Source: Octopus bimaculoides (taxonomy: Eukaryota). From it: a stretch of DNA of 64,000 nt. The notes under the pieces are model-generated. The model searched no databases. It had not been told where the DNA came from and saw only the letters and a list, made by a program, of their open reading frames with translations. The stretch lies in the NCBI RefSeq assembly GCF_001194135.2, contig NC_068989.1, positions 88,220,236 through 88,284,235 on the forward strand, written 5' to 3'. Shown in pieces: positions 37,736-49,370 of this stretch (its first letter is position 1; the number at the start of each line of letters is the position of its first letter). The position numbers were made by a program, and so were the translations under genes.

Positions 37736-40700
37736 ATAATAATAATAATAATAATAATCATGATTTCTTTTATTGGCCACAAGGGCCCAAGACATGGAGA
37801 AGAATATTGAAGGATGAGTTACAGCACCAAAAAAAAATTACAAAAACATGAGGGGTTAATAGCAATCAAGGGAGATACTACCACATTAAGGGATATAACA
37901 GAGGACATATATAATAGAAAGTAGAGAAATAAATAATAAATAAGCAGAATCCCCAATAGCAGGGCAGTCTATTTAGGGTAATTCATCAGGGTAAACCCCA
38001 CACAAAAATCCTGGTTTATTCTGTCGTCTCTAAGACATGGGAAAGAATAATAATAAATTCAAGTAGTACAATCAGAGCAGAGGGAATTTCTTAGGTTCAA
38101 ACCCTCGGAGTGAGGAGGTCTTTATTTTTTCAATGAAATAGTCAGAATTTGTTTCAGGTCATCCTGTTCCATTTCTTCTTTTTTTTNNNNNNNNNNGGGG
38201 GGGGGGGAGGATAACTGATAAGCTGTCACATCTTGTCATCTCAAGAACTTTCATCTCAGGATATCATATTTTGTTGATGCCACTTTTATCCAATGATAAA
38301 GGAGTTGAAGAATAAACACAATTGATTTTACATTTTATCACGTCCAGCATTGATGAAACATGCTCAGATTAATTCATTCAATTTTACATTCCCAATACAG
38401 AAGAAACTGACTTTGAGGTGGTGATGAGAAAAATCACCGTTGTAGGACATTGATTAATTAGTTCATTAATCACCCATTAATTTAATTAAGCACGTCATTA
38501 TCCTCATTTAATGACTATTTTCCATGCTGCCATAGGTTGGATAGCTTGACAGGATCTGGTGAGCCTGAGGACCACATTAAACTCCACTGTCTGCTTTGGC
38601 ATGGTTTCCACAGCTGGATGCCCTTCATAACACTAACTTTACAGAATGTACTGGGTATTTTTTACATGGCCCTGGCATCAATGAGGACACCAAGCAACTT
38701 GCAGGACAAGACCTTTCAATTCAGGGTGGATGGGTAGTACTGAGGGATGTGGATTTCATCCAGGTGATGAGAGGTCAAAATATGACAGAAAGACAGAAAC
38801 AAGTATTTTGGTGCAGCAGAGGTAAGTGGTCACTCCATGATAAATATTTCAAGGAGGCAATAATTTCAGAGCATTCCTCTCTGATCCAACTCCACATTCT
38901 GAGGTGACCGCCATAATTGAACAACTTCTGCCCGCATTTACTGTTAGTAGAGGCACAAGGCTTAGTGATGAGGGTTTTGGACTTGTGATCGTAAGATTGT
39001 GGTTTCGATTCCTGGACTGGGCAGTATGTTGTGCACTTGAGCAAAACACCTCATTTCCAGTTGCTCCACTCAGCTGGCAAAAATGAGTAATCTTGCGTCG
39101 TACCGGCGTCCCATGCGGCTGGGGGATATATATGCCATGGTAACCAGTCCTTATGAGTTGGTACGACTCAGGAAACTTTTACATTTGTTGTTTAAATTTT
39201 ATACACACACACACACACACACATACATATATCATCATCACTATCATTTAACATCTGTTTTCCATGCTGGACAATTTGATTGGAACTGGTAAGGCCAGGA
39301 GCTGTACCACGACACAGAATAAATTTACTAAGGCTGGCCCTTTAAAATGCAGGTCCAACTCATTTTTGCCAGCTGAGTGAACTGGAGCAATGTGAAATGA
39401 AGTGTCTTGCTCAAGGACACAATTGTGCCACTGGGAAATGAACTCATACCCTTACAATTGTGAGTTGAATACCCTAACCACTAAGCCACAAGCCTTCACT
39501 GCCTGCACCCATTATTATTTAAAGAAATACAATAATAACTATTATTGATATTTCCTTGCTGTTGAGGCTGTGCCCAAGGTTTCTGAAACACTGCAGACAT
39601 TTGCAAGTGAGTCTGATCAAAGAATTACCAGTTCTATGCACACAATGTTTGGACTTCAAAAGCTCCCATATCAAAGGCACAACTACATATAGAGATGATG
39701 AGAAATCTGTTGAAGTCCAGAGAGATGCCAGTGCCGAAGTTTATCACGGTGTACTTTGACGCCTTCACTCAGTGACTGAGGGGACGATGACAGGGGCCAC
39801 TGACCAGAATTAAAACACTTGGAAGAATCTGAATTCAGAATGCAAAGAGATGGAGCAGATATTATAAGACATTCTGCCCAGTCTACTAGCAATGCTGCAA
39901 ATCCACAACCCAAGAATGGTACATTATCCACTGATTCCCAAAAAGATGATGGTAAAAGTTGACAAGAAAATTACAAGAAAGAGCAGAAAAATTTCCCTAA
40001 AATCACACATCACATGACTTGAACGCAGAAGGACACTTTCAACAATGTAATTCTACAACACTATGTTTGAATAAAAGGTGAGTTAGTCATGACTGGAATG
40101 CCTTTGATCACAGATCGACCTGATTAGAGATGTCTCGGGGATATAAACAATGATTATGACACAAATAACACAATAAAAACGAAACACAAATATAGAAATA
40201 AAATAGAGATAAATTAATAAAAAAAAATATTCTAAACCGAACGAGAATCGTAATATTGGTAAGCAAAACACATAGATTTGTGGAAGCTGTTGTGGTTATG
40301 ATGATGGTGATGCTGGATTGTGATGGTAATGGATATGGTGGTGGTGGTGGTGGTGGTGGTGGATTTGATATTGGAGGTGATGGTGGTGGTAGTGGATATT
40401 GTATTATATTGATGCTGGTTGTAGAGATGATGTTGGCAATGGAATCATTGATGGTAGAAATTGAGGCTGTGGTGATGGTGGTGATAGGGGTGGTGGATAT
40501 AGTATTGGTGGTTATGATGATGATGGGTGCTGATGGTGATGGTGACAATGGCGGTGGTGGTGGTGATGATGATAACGATGATAGTGATGCTGATGCTGGA
40601 AGTGGTGTTACTGATCACAGCACCAATGACTATGATGGTGGTGATGAAGGACACAAGCAATGTTGTAAGAGATAAGATACGACAATGGTGACGACGACGA

Positions 40701-42240
40701 CGATGATGATGAGGATGATGAGGAGGGAGGAGGATGAGAAGAAGAGATGACAGTAAACTACACAATAGGATAAATACAGCGGAAGATGACAGAGACAAGA
40801 GGAGGTAGAATATATGTGGAAATATTTTTAGACAATTCCACTAACATAGATAACAACAACACTTTGTTTTATCAGCTCACATCTTTAGCACTTTCTCAAG
40901 AGACCTACTACTACCACTGCTACACACTGAGTGTGTGTGGATATGCATGTGTGTTTAAGAGTGTGTATATATTTGTGTGTGTTTATTCTTATGTATGTTT
41001 TGTATGACTGTATGTATTGTATATATATCTGTGTGTGTGTATAATAATACAATAGAATATATAGCAGACCATAACTTGTTGTTGTTGTTAAGCTCCAGGT
41101 CAGAGCTAATCAAACAGGCAAAGGTATTCCAATTGTGACCTCTGTCTTTTTAAAGGCATGCAGGACCACATTACACAATGTGTCCCATTTTTATTTGATA
41201 ACAATAAAGCTTGATAAGGTAGCAAGCTGGAAGAACCATTACCATACCACCGAAAATTGCTCAATGGTATTTCTTCCAACTTCACATTCTGCGAGCAAAT
41301 GTCACAGGGATTGACTTTGCCTTTCATTCTTTCGGGGGTGGCAAAAAAAAAGACCAGCTGGACACTGGGGGTTAATGGAATTGATTTGCACCATCCCTTG
41401 AAATTGCTGGCCTTGCACCAAAATTTGAAACCAATATAATAAGGTGTGTTCTGAGGAGATTTGGCTGCCATTTCTAGCAACTACTCCAATAACAGTTGGC
41501 TTGACTATAACTAGTGCAGTATACACTGGTTTTATTTACTTACACAACTGTCACTAGGATGGACAAGTGGATAGGGAGTTTGCTGGACAAACACCAACAA
41601 CCAACAGGCCTTTGGTTCAGTTTCAGCCCCATACCCTGTGAAATGGGCATTATATTGTGTCTGCACTCCATTATCATCATAATCATCATTGTTATCATCA
41701 TCAACACCATTTAACATCTGCTTCCCATGCTGGCATGAGTCAGACAGTTTGACAGGATTCAATGAGCCAGACGTCAGCACTTGGCACCAATGTCTGCTTT
41801 GGCATGGTCCTCTACAAATGGATGACCTCTCTAATGCTGGCCACTTTACAAAATATATTGATGCTTTTCTCATGGTACCACTGCCAGTGAGGACACCAAG
41901 TAACATCATCATCATTTAACATCTGTTGTCCATGAAAAGTAAAATTGGCATCAGTAGGGTTTGAACTTAGAGCCTACTGTACCAGAGCAAATACTATAAC
42001 GCACTCCGTCAGATGCTCTCACAACTCAACCAATTCACTCAGTCCCTTGTGTTTTAGTTTGCAGCTGGGATTTAAGGGATCCCTTCTCGTTGCAGAGAAT
42101 TTTACAGAAAGATGCAAATGTTTCAAATATTTGGGCCCCAACCATTTTACAGATGAAGATTGCTTTAATTTCTTAAAGAAAAGTTTGATTGTTGTTGGTG
42201 GTGGTGGTGTTAGTAAAATTCAGGTTAGTTCTGACTCGGT

Positions 42241-42535
42241 GAAGGCACGTGGCTTGTGGTTAGGGTATTTGGTTCACAATCATAAGGCCACGAGTTCAAT
42301 ATCTGGCAGTGTGTGTTGTGTCTTTGAGCAAGACACTTTATTTCATGTTCCTTCAGTCCGCTCAGCTGGCAAAAGCCTTGTCACATTCTGTGTCACACTA
42401 AATCTCCCTGAGAACTATGTTAAAAGTATGTGTGTCTGTGGAGTGCTCAGCCACTTGCACATTAATTTCATGAGCTGGTTGTTCCGTGGATCAGATCAGC
42501 TGGAACACTTGTCGTCATAACCGATGGAGTCCCAC
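42241..42535 (+). mobile_element. SINE family D, subfamily with a CORE-like ttgagcaagacactt..ctcagctggcaaaa box
   Basis: Related copies lie near 16085-16345, 18310-18430, 21240-21410, 23040-23305, 38945-39135, 39325-39500, 45565-45885 and 54255-54490. Confidence 0.82.
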
Positions 42536-42853
42536 TTCAGCCAATTAGTCCTGACCGAGCAGATTTACAATTAACCCTTTAGCATTTAAGCAAGACACCT
42601 CCATCCCAAATACTCTCGCTGTTTTATGTTCAAACTGGTCAGATCTGACCTACCACACCCATCCGACAATTTCATTCTAAAAATAAACAATCACATCACC
42701 GAAAGTTACAAGACAATATTCATGGTTAATTCAAAATAATGTGAATAAATAAGCATTACCTTTGACAGAATAATTTGAATGCTAAATGGTTTAAGGTATA
42801 TTCAACCATCTTTCCCAACATGTTTTCAGATACAGTGTATCTAGGTTTTCTGC

Positions 42854-43090
42854 TTCTAAAGAGGTAGATTTGGCTGCTATTTCTGGCAAGCTCAGTGACT
42901 ACTTAGTGACTTCTTCATTGACAGCTAGATTAAATTCAATATTTAATATGTGCTTTTTCTAAAGAGGTAGATCTGGCTGCTATTTCTGGCAAGCTCAGTG
43001 ACTACTTAGTGACTTCTGCAGTGGCAGCTAGATTAAACTCAATATCTAATATGTGCTTTTTCTAAAGAGGTAGATTTGGCTGCTATTTCT
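42854..43090. repeat. 103-bp tandem repeat, about 2.3 copies
   Basis: ttctaaagaggtagat starts at 42854, 42957 and 43060. Confidence 0.92.
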
Positions 43091-43114
43091 CACAGGTTCA
43101 GCAACTGCTTAAAG

Positions 43115-43584
43115 CAGTGGTTCTCAACCATCTTTTACCTGTGGAACCCTTTGATTCCCATTTTACTCTGGTGAACCCTCACAGCCATTTGATGTTTAAA
43201 AAAAAAAAAACCATTATACTTTCATTATTAAATATTATTAAGGCGGCGAGCTGGCGGAATCGTTAGCAGGCCAGGTGAAATGCTTAGCGGTATTTCGTCT
43301 GTCTTTACGTTCTGAGTTCAAATTCCACCGAGGTTGACCTTGCTTTTCATCCTTTCAGGGTCAATAAATTAAGTACCAGCTGCATACTGGAGTCGATCTA
43401 ATTGACTGGCCCCTCCCCCAAAATTTCAGCAGAAAAGATTATTAAATATTACTAGGAATTGTATTAAAAAATTAAGATATTTTATGTATTGTAGAAATAT
43501 AACCAATATATTACGTAAAAATTTTAACAACATAATCTTACAGGGACCACCAAGGGTCAAACGGACCCTAGTTGAGAACCACTG
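43115..43584. mobile_element. hAT-superfamily MITE with terminal inverted repeats and 8-bp TSD; contains a nested SINE B
   Basis: Termini CAGTGGTTCTCAAC / GTTGAGAACCACTG; identical flanking octamer GCTTAAAG at 43107-43114 and 43585-43592. Confidence 0.88.
43238..43437 (+). mobile_element. SINE B nested in the hAT MITE with a 14-bp TSD
   Basis: attattaaatatta at 43224-43237 and 43438-43451 flank the copy. Confidence 0.88.
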
Positions 43585-44134
43585 GCTTAAAGGCCCCTTC
43601 ACTGGTGGCTAAATTAAGTTCATAAAAGGGTCACACCCTTAGCTAGGCAAAATGGTGTACGTGTGTATAGCAAGAAGACTAAGCAGCACAAGAGTAACAT
43701 GACTCAGCTGCTATAAATACCACCACAGATCAGTCCTCATTTATATTATGTACAACAGGTCAGTGAAATAGCCAGAATATACTCATCATGCGTGTGTGTG
43801 TGTGTGTGTGTGTAGAGGCAATGCTGATGTGGCTGCGTGGTTAAGAAGCTTGCATTGCAGCCATGTGGTTCCAGGTTCAGTACCACTGCATGGCACCCTG
43901 GGCAAATGGTTTCTACTACTCCTCCAGATTGATCAATGCTTTGTGATTGAATTTTGTAAATGGAAATTGTATGGAAACCTGGCGCGCGTGCGTGCGTGTG
44001 TAAAGGCAGTGCTGATGTGGTTGTGTGGTTAAGAAGCTTGCATTGCAGCCATGTGGTTTCAGGTTCAATACCACTGCATGGAACCTCATGATTGTGAACC
44101 CGGTACTCTAACCACTGAGCCATGCACCTTCACT

Positions 44135-44165
<31 letters not shown>

Positions 44166-44374
44166 CAAAGCTACCGCAGGGGCCAGTCCTTATTGTTGTG
44201 TTGTGACTTGTATGCCTTAATGACCCTAAGAGCTAAACCAGTGGAGCACAAGCTCCTGGTGAGTCCTGGACAGGTCAAAGGACAGAGGTTAGACTAATAT
44301 GGATCACTTCTCCCCAGAGGTAAAAATGGGCTTGCATGGGGGCCAATACTCCTATCCTTTAGCATTTTTAATGT

Positions 44375-44752
44375 TCTACTTGTTTCAGTCTTTAGACTGC
44401 AGCCAAGCCAGGGGATTGCATTGAATTTTTAGTCAAATAAATCAATCCCAGGACTTATATTTTTATTTTTAAACCTGACTTATTCTATCAGTCTCTTTTG
44501 CCAAACCACTAAGTTACAAGGACATAAACACACCTATACTGGTTGTCAAAGGGACAAAGACAGACAGACAGACATACACACCCACATACAGCGGATTTCT
44601 TTCAACTTCCGTCTACCAAATCCACTCATAAGGCTTTGGTCAGCCTGAGGTTATAGTATAAGACCCTTGCCCAAGGTGCTACGCAGTGGGACTGAACCAG
44701 GAACCGTGTGGTTGGGGAGCAAACTTCTTACCACACAGCCACACCTGTGCCT
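44375..44752 (-). mobile_element. SINE family A, full-length
   Basis: ctacttgtttcagtc..accacacagccacacctgtgc. Further A copies or fragments lie near 30560-30825, 33100-33260, 46840-47160, 48405-48590, 50895-51010, 51235-51570, 53062-53630, 54900-55040 and 62935-63110. Confidence 0.85.
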
Positions 44753-45099
44753 AGTATGTAGATAATGGCTGTGGACAGGCGTTCACTGAGGCTGAAAAGA
44801 GATTGTAATGCGACAAAAAAAAGATTGCTGTACGAAGAAAATGCGCAGCAGAAAGAAGGACTGCTCCAAGTAGACACAACAGAGAGACTAACTATTGAAT
44901 GCTGAGGACAGAATACAAGAACACCAGGTAGATAAAATATGGCTAATAAATATAGATTGTCACTAAATTAGCACAGACACCAACTCTTTTATTTGACTCT
45001 CATACATTTCATAATAACCTAATTTTGATCTTTCATTACAAAGGAAAGTAAATGGAAAAATAAAAACAACTTTTTTCAGGTACAGAAACAAAGAAACAA

Positions 45100-45134
<35 letters not shown>

Positions 45135-45297
45135 CATCAACATCACCAAGGTCAACTTTGTTGTTCATAATTCTGAAGTCAATAAGACTTGAAACAAGTT
45201 GATTTAGTTGATAGTTTCCTCGCACAAGTAACACACAGCATAAATTTGTGTAAGGAAACTATTTTCACTATTATTATTATCATTATTATTATTCTTA

Positions 45298-45512
45298 TCA
45301 AAGGCAGCGAGCTGGCGGGATCGTTAGCACGCCAGGCAAAATGCTCAGCGGTATTTCGTATGTCTTCATGTTCTGAGTTCAAATACCGCCAGGGTCAACT
45401 TTGCCTTTCATCCTTTCAAGGTCAATAAAATAAGTACCAGTTGCGCACTGGGGTCGATGTAATCGACTATCCCCCTTCCCCAAATTTCATGCCTTGTGCT
45501 TACAGTAGAAAG
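45298..45512 (+). mobile_element. SINE family B
   Basis: aaggcagcgagctggcgggatcgttagcac..gccttgtgcttacagtagaaag. Further B copies lie near 10370-10610, 21490-21635, 23620-23820, 27440-27630, 36450-36635, 41295-41430 and 57625-57840. Confidence 0.85.
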
Positions 45513-48500
45513 CGTTATCATTATTGTTATTATTATTATCTATCTCTCTGTATAAATTATATAAGAAACTGACACTCCATCAGTTATGACAATCGCGGTT
45601 CCAGTTGATCTGGGTTCAATGGATCAGCTTGCTCATGAAATTAACGTGCAAGTGGCTGAGCACTCCACAGACACATGTAGTTCACTGGGAGCTTCAGTGT
45701 GGCACAGAATGTGACAAGGTTGGTCTTTTATGAAATACAGGTACTACTCAGTTTTACCAGCTGAGTGGACTGGAGCAACGTGAAATAAAGCGTCTTGCTC
45801 AAGGAAACAATGCGTCGCCAGGAATTGAACTCACAACCTTACGATCATGAGCCGAATGCCTTAACCACTAAACCATACGCCTTCACATACATATATTTTC
45901 TACACATTGCAGGTGAGGAAATAAGTTGTTACTATCTCTAGCAGTCGAGTAGCAATCATTGATAAGACCAAGGAAGGTCAAAATCACATGATCTGGTGGT
46001 CTCAGTGCTGGAGGGGGCAGGGATTTATCTCCCCGCAAGCGATATAAACAGGAGTCCATTCTGCACCAAAAACCTATCTAAGAGTTTCTCTCGTGGTATC
46101 CACCGCAGTATAGTTTGTTCTAACAGAGTATCTACGCTCAAGGTGGGGGGGGTAGTATTACCTCATGGAACTCCCAAGAATAGTAGGAGAAGAAAATTGG
46201 TGAATAGATGGAGTGTGATTTGAAGATTTGGCTGCTATTTCTAGCGGACCCAATGACTGTCAAGAGCCCCTTACTGATTGATAAAAAAAAAAAAGAAACT
46301 TGGCAAGGATGGAATTGAAATGTTCAATTGAATTTTTCTACCAGTACACACCTGGTATCATCATCATCATCACCATCACCACCACCACCACCATCATCAT
46401 CAACATCGCTTAACATCCATTTTCCATGCTGACATGGGTTGGATGGTTTGACTGAGGTCTGGAGAGCCAGCAGCTGCACCAGTCTCCAATCTGATTTAGC
46501 AATGTTACTACAACTTGATGCCCTTTGCTAACGCCAACCACTCCAAGAGCATAGTGGATGCTTTTTATGTGCCACCAGCAGGGGAACCAGTCAGGGGACA
46601 CTGACACTGACCACATTCGGATGGTGCTTTTTACATGCGACTGGCACAGGAGCAAGTCAGGGGACACTGGCATCGACCACGTTCGGATGATGCATCTTAC
46701 ATGCCACCGGAATGCAAGCCAGTCACTAATCCATCAAATGAAATTATAATATTAATCATCAATCTCAGGGGACCCTCAAGGACCATGGACACTGCTCCTT
46801 TCATCCAAACTTGAGCAAGTAAATTAAATAAATGGTACCTCGAGCAAGTGTCTTCTACTATAACCTCAAGCCAACCAAAGCCTTGTGAGTGGATTTGGTA
46901 GATGGAAACTGAAAAGAAGCTTGTCATATGTATGCCTCTTTGTGCTTGTGTCTGTCTCCCACCATTGCTTGACAACCAATGTTGGTGTGTTTATCTCCTC
47001 GTAACTTAGCAGTTCAGTCAAGGGGACCGATAGAGCAAGTACCAGGCTTTAAAACATAAGTCTTGGGGGTCAGTTTGTTTGACTGAGATTCCTCAAAGCA
47101 GTGAGTGACCCAGCAGGGCCACAGGCTAATAATGGCTGAATCAAGGAAAAATATAAAAAGTATTAAAAAAAAAAAACCTTGAACAAATGCAAAAAAAAAA
47201 AAAAAAAAAAAAGAAGTCAGCCATAGGAGGACTTGAAGCCACAATGCAGAGAGACAAAACTGAATGCACCACCAAATAAATAAATAAATAACAATGATGA
47301 TGGTGATGGTGATGATGATGATGATGATGATGATGATGACTATTCAAAATTGCCATATACATCTAAATCCTCTGAAGTTCTGAATAAATTGCTAAGTAGA
47401 AATAATCCAATATTGAAAATCTACGTACAACATATTCTATATCAAGACAACGCTGGTTAGAAGAGGAGTGNNNNNNNNNNNNNNNNNNNNNNNNNNNNNN
47501 NNNNNNNNNNNNNNNNNNNNNNNNNNNNNNNNNNNNNNNNNNNNNNNNNNNNNNNNNNNNNNNNNNNNNNNNNNNNNNNNNNNNNNNNNNNNNNNNNNNN
47601 NNNNNNNNNNNNNNNNNNNNNNNNNNNNNNNNNNNNNNNNNNNNNNNNNNNNNNNNNNNNNNNNNNNNNNNNNNNNNNNNNNNNNNNNNNNNNNNNNNNN
47701 NNNNNNNNNNNNNNNNNNNNNNNNNNNNNNNNNNNNNNNNNNNNNNNNNNNNNNNNNNNNNNNNNNNNNNNNNNNNNNNNNNNNNNNNNNNNNNNNNNNN
47801 NNNNNNNNNNNNNNNNNNNNNNNNNNNNNNNNNNNNNNNNNNNNNNNNNNNNNNNNNNNNNNNNNNNNNNTCACTGCCAACAATAACTACAACTGAATCA
47901 GCACACACACACACACACACACTCAACTTACATTTTTAAATACTGAAAAGAGTTAAAAATGAAAAAAATATATATATATATGTATATATGTATTTGAAAA
48001 AATGCATGGAAGCGTTACAAATCAAAATGGTAGACATCAAACACAGTTTCATTTCTTAGTTTGCTTCCTGCTTTTGTCGAACTGTTGCCGCAAAACGCAA
48101 CAAAAGACATTTGACCAGAGGCAATCAGAGCCACATCCAGTCCTCACAAATGTAACACAACAACGCAACTGCCTGTGTCTTCTCCATTGCCCCCCCTCCC
48201 GCTACAATCAATGGTCTTTGTTCTCTGAACTGGCAACCTTCTCCACCACTCCCATCCCCATAGCCTTCCCCTATTGTATCTCCCAACCAATTCCATACCA
48301 AGCACTTTCCCCAATCCATCTTTCTCAGGGTTGCAACCCTATCGATTAACTTTTGAACTTTTTCTTCTCGTTAACCTTTGAACTTTTCTTCTCTAACATT
48401 AGGCATAAGTGTGGACGTGTGGTAAGAAGTTTACTTCCCAAGGGCATGGCTCCCAGTTCAATCTTACAGCATGTCATCTTGTGCAAGTGTCTCCTAATAC

Positions 48501-48599
48501 AGCTATGGGTTGACCAAAGCCTTTTGAGTGGATGTGATAGACAGAAACTGAATGAAGCCTGCTGTATGTATGTGGGGTGTGTGTGTATAAGATGCCCGG

Positions 48600-48768
48600 G
48601 TACAAACAGCTATTCTACATGGCAGTGAGACATGGGTTGTGACTTCCGAGGACATGCAATGTCAGTGTGCTTATATGACAGAGTGTCAGTGATTTGAGAG
48701 AAGAACTGGGTGTACAAGGCATCAGATGTAGCATACAAGAGAGAAGACTGCACTGGTACAGTCATGTA
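48600..48768 (+). mobile_element. RTE-clade LINE fragment (region C-terminal to the RT domain)
   Basis: Translates LREELGVQGIRCSIQERRLHWYSHV, matching the RTE motif LR..LG...I...+..RRL.WYGHV. Confidence 0.75.
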
Positions 48769-48840
48769 CCTCCTACTATAGCCCTGGTCAACCAAAGCCT
48801 TGTGGGTAAATTTGGTAGACAGAAACTGGAAGAAGCCTGC

Positions 48841-48877
<37 letters not shown>

Positions 48878-49302
48878 GCGTGTGTGTATATATAAATATG
48901 TATGTATCCGGTTTCACCAGTCCTCAGTCAAATCGTCCAACCCATGCTAGCATGGAAAGCGGACGTTAAACGATGATGATGATGATGATGATGTGTGTGT
49001 GTATATATATATATGTATGTATGTATGTATATATGTAAATTAAGAAAGGGAGTTAAATTTGTTCACATTGAAAAAATATACATACACACATATATATGTA
49101 AATATACATATACATGTATATACATATATATATATATAAATATACATATACATGTATATACATATACATATATACATAAATATACATATACATATAAATA
49201 TATATACATACATATAAATGTATGTAGATACATATATACATATGTATATATTTATATATGTATATATCTATCTATGTATGTATATATATTTATATTTATA
49301 GA

Positions 49303-49370
49303 AGAATGGTTAGTGAGAGCTGTGCGAGCCATGTACAGAGATGCTGCCAGTAAGGTGAGGGTTGGAAATG
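49303..49370 (+). mobile_element. RTE-clade LINE fragment (RT domain), runs into a gap
   Basis: Translates EEWLVRAVRAMYRDAASKVRVGN, typical of the RTE RT segment 'W+V..+..MY....S.VRV'. Confidence 0.72.
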
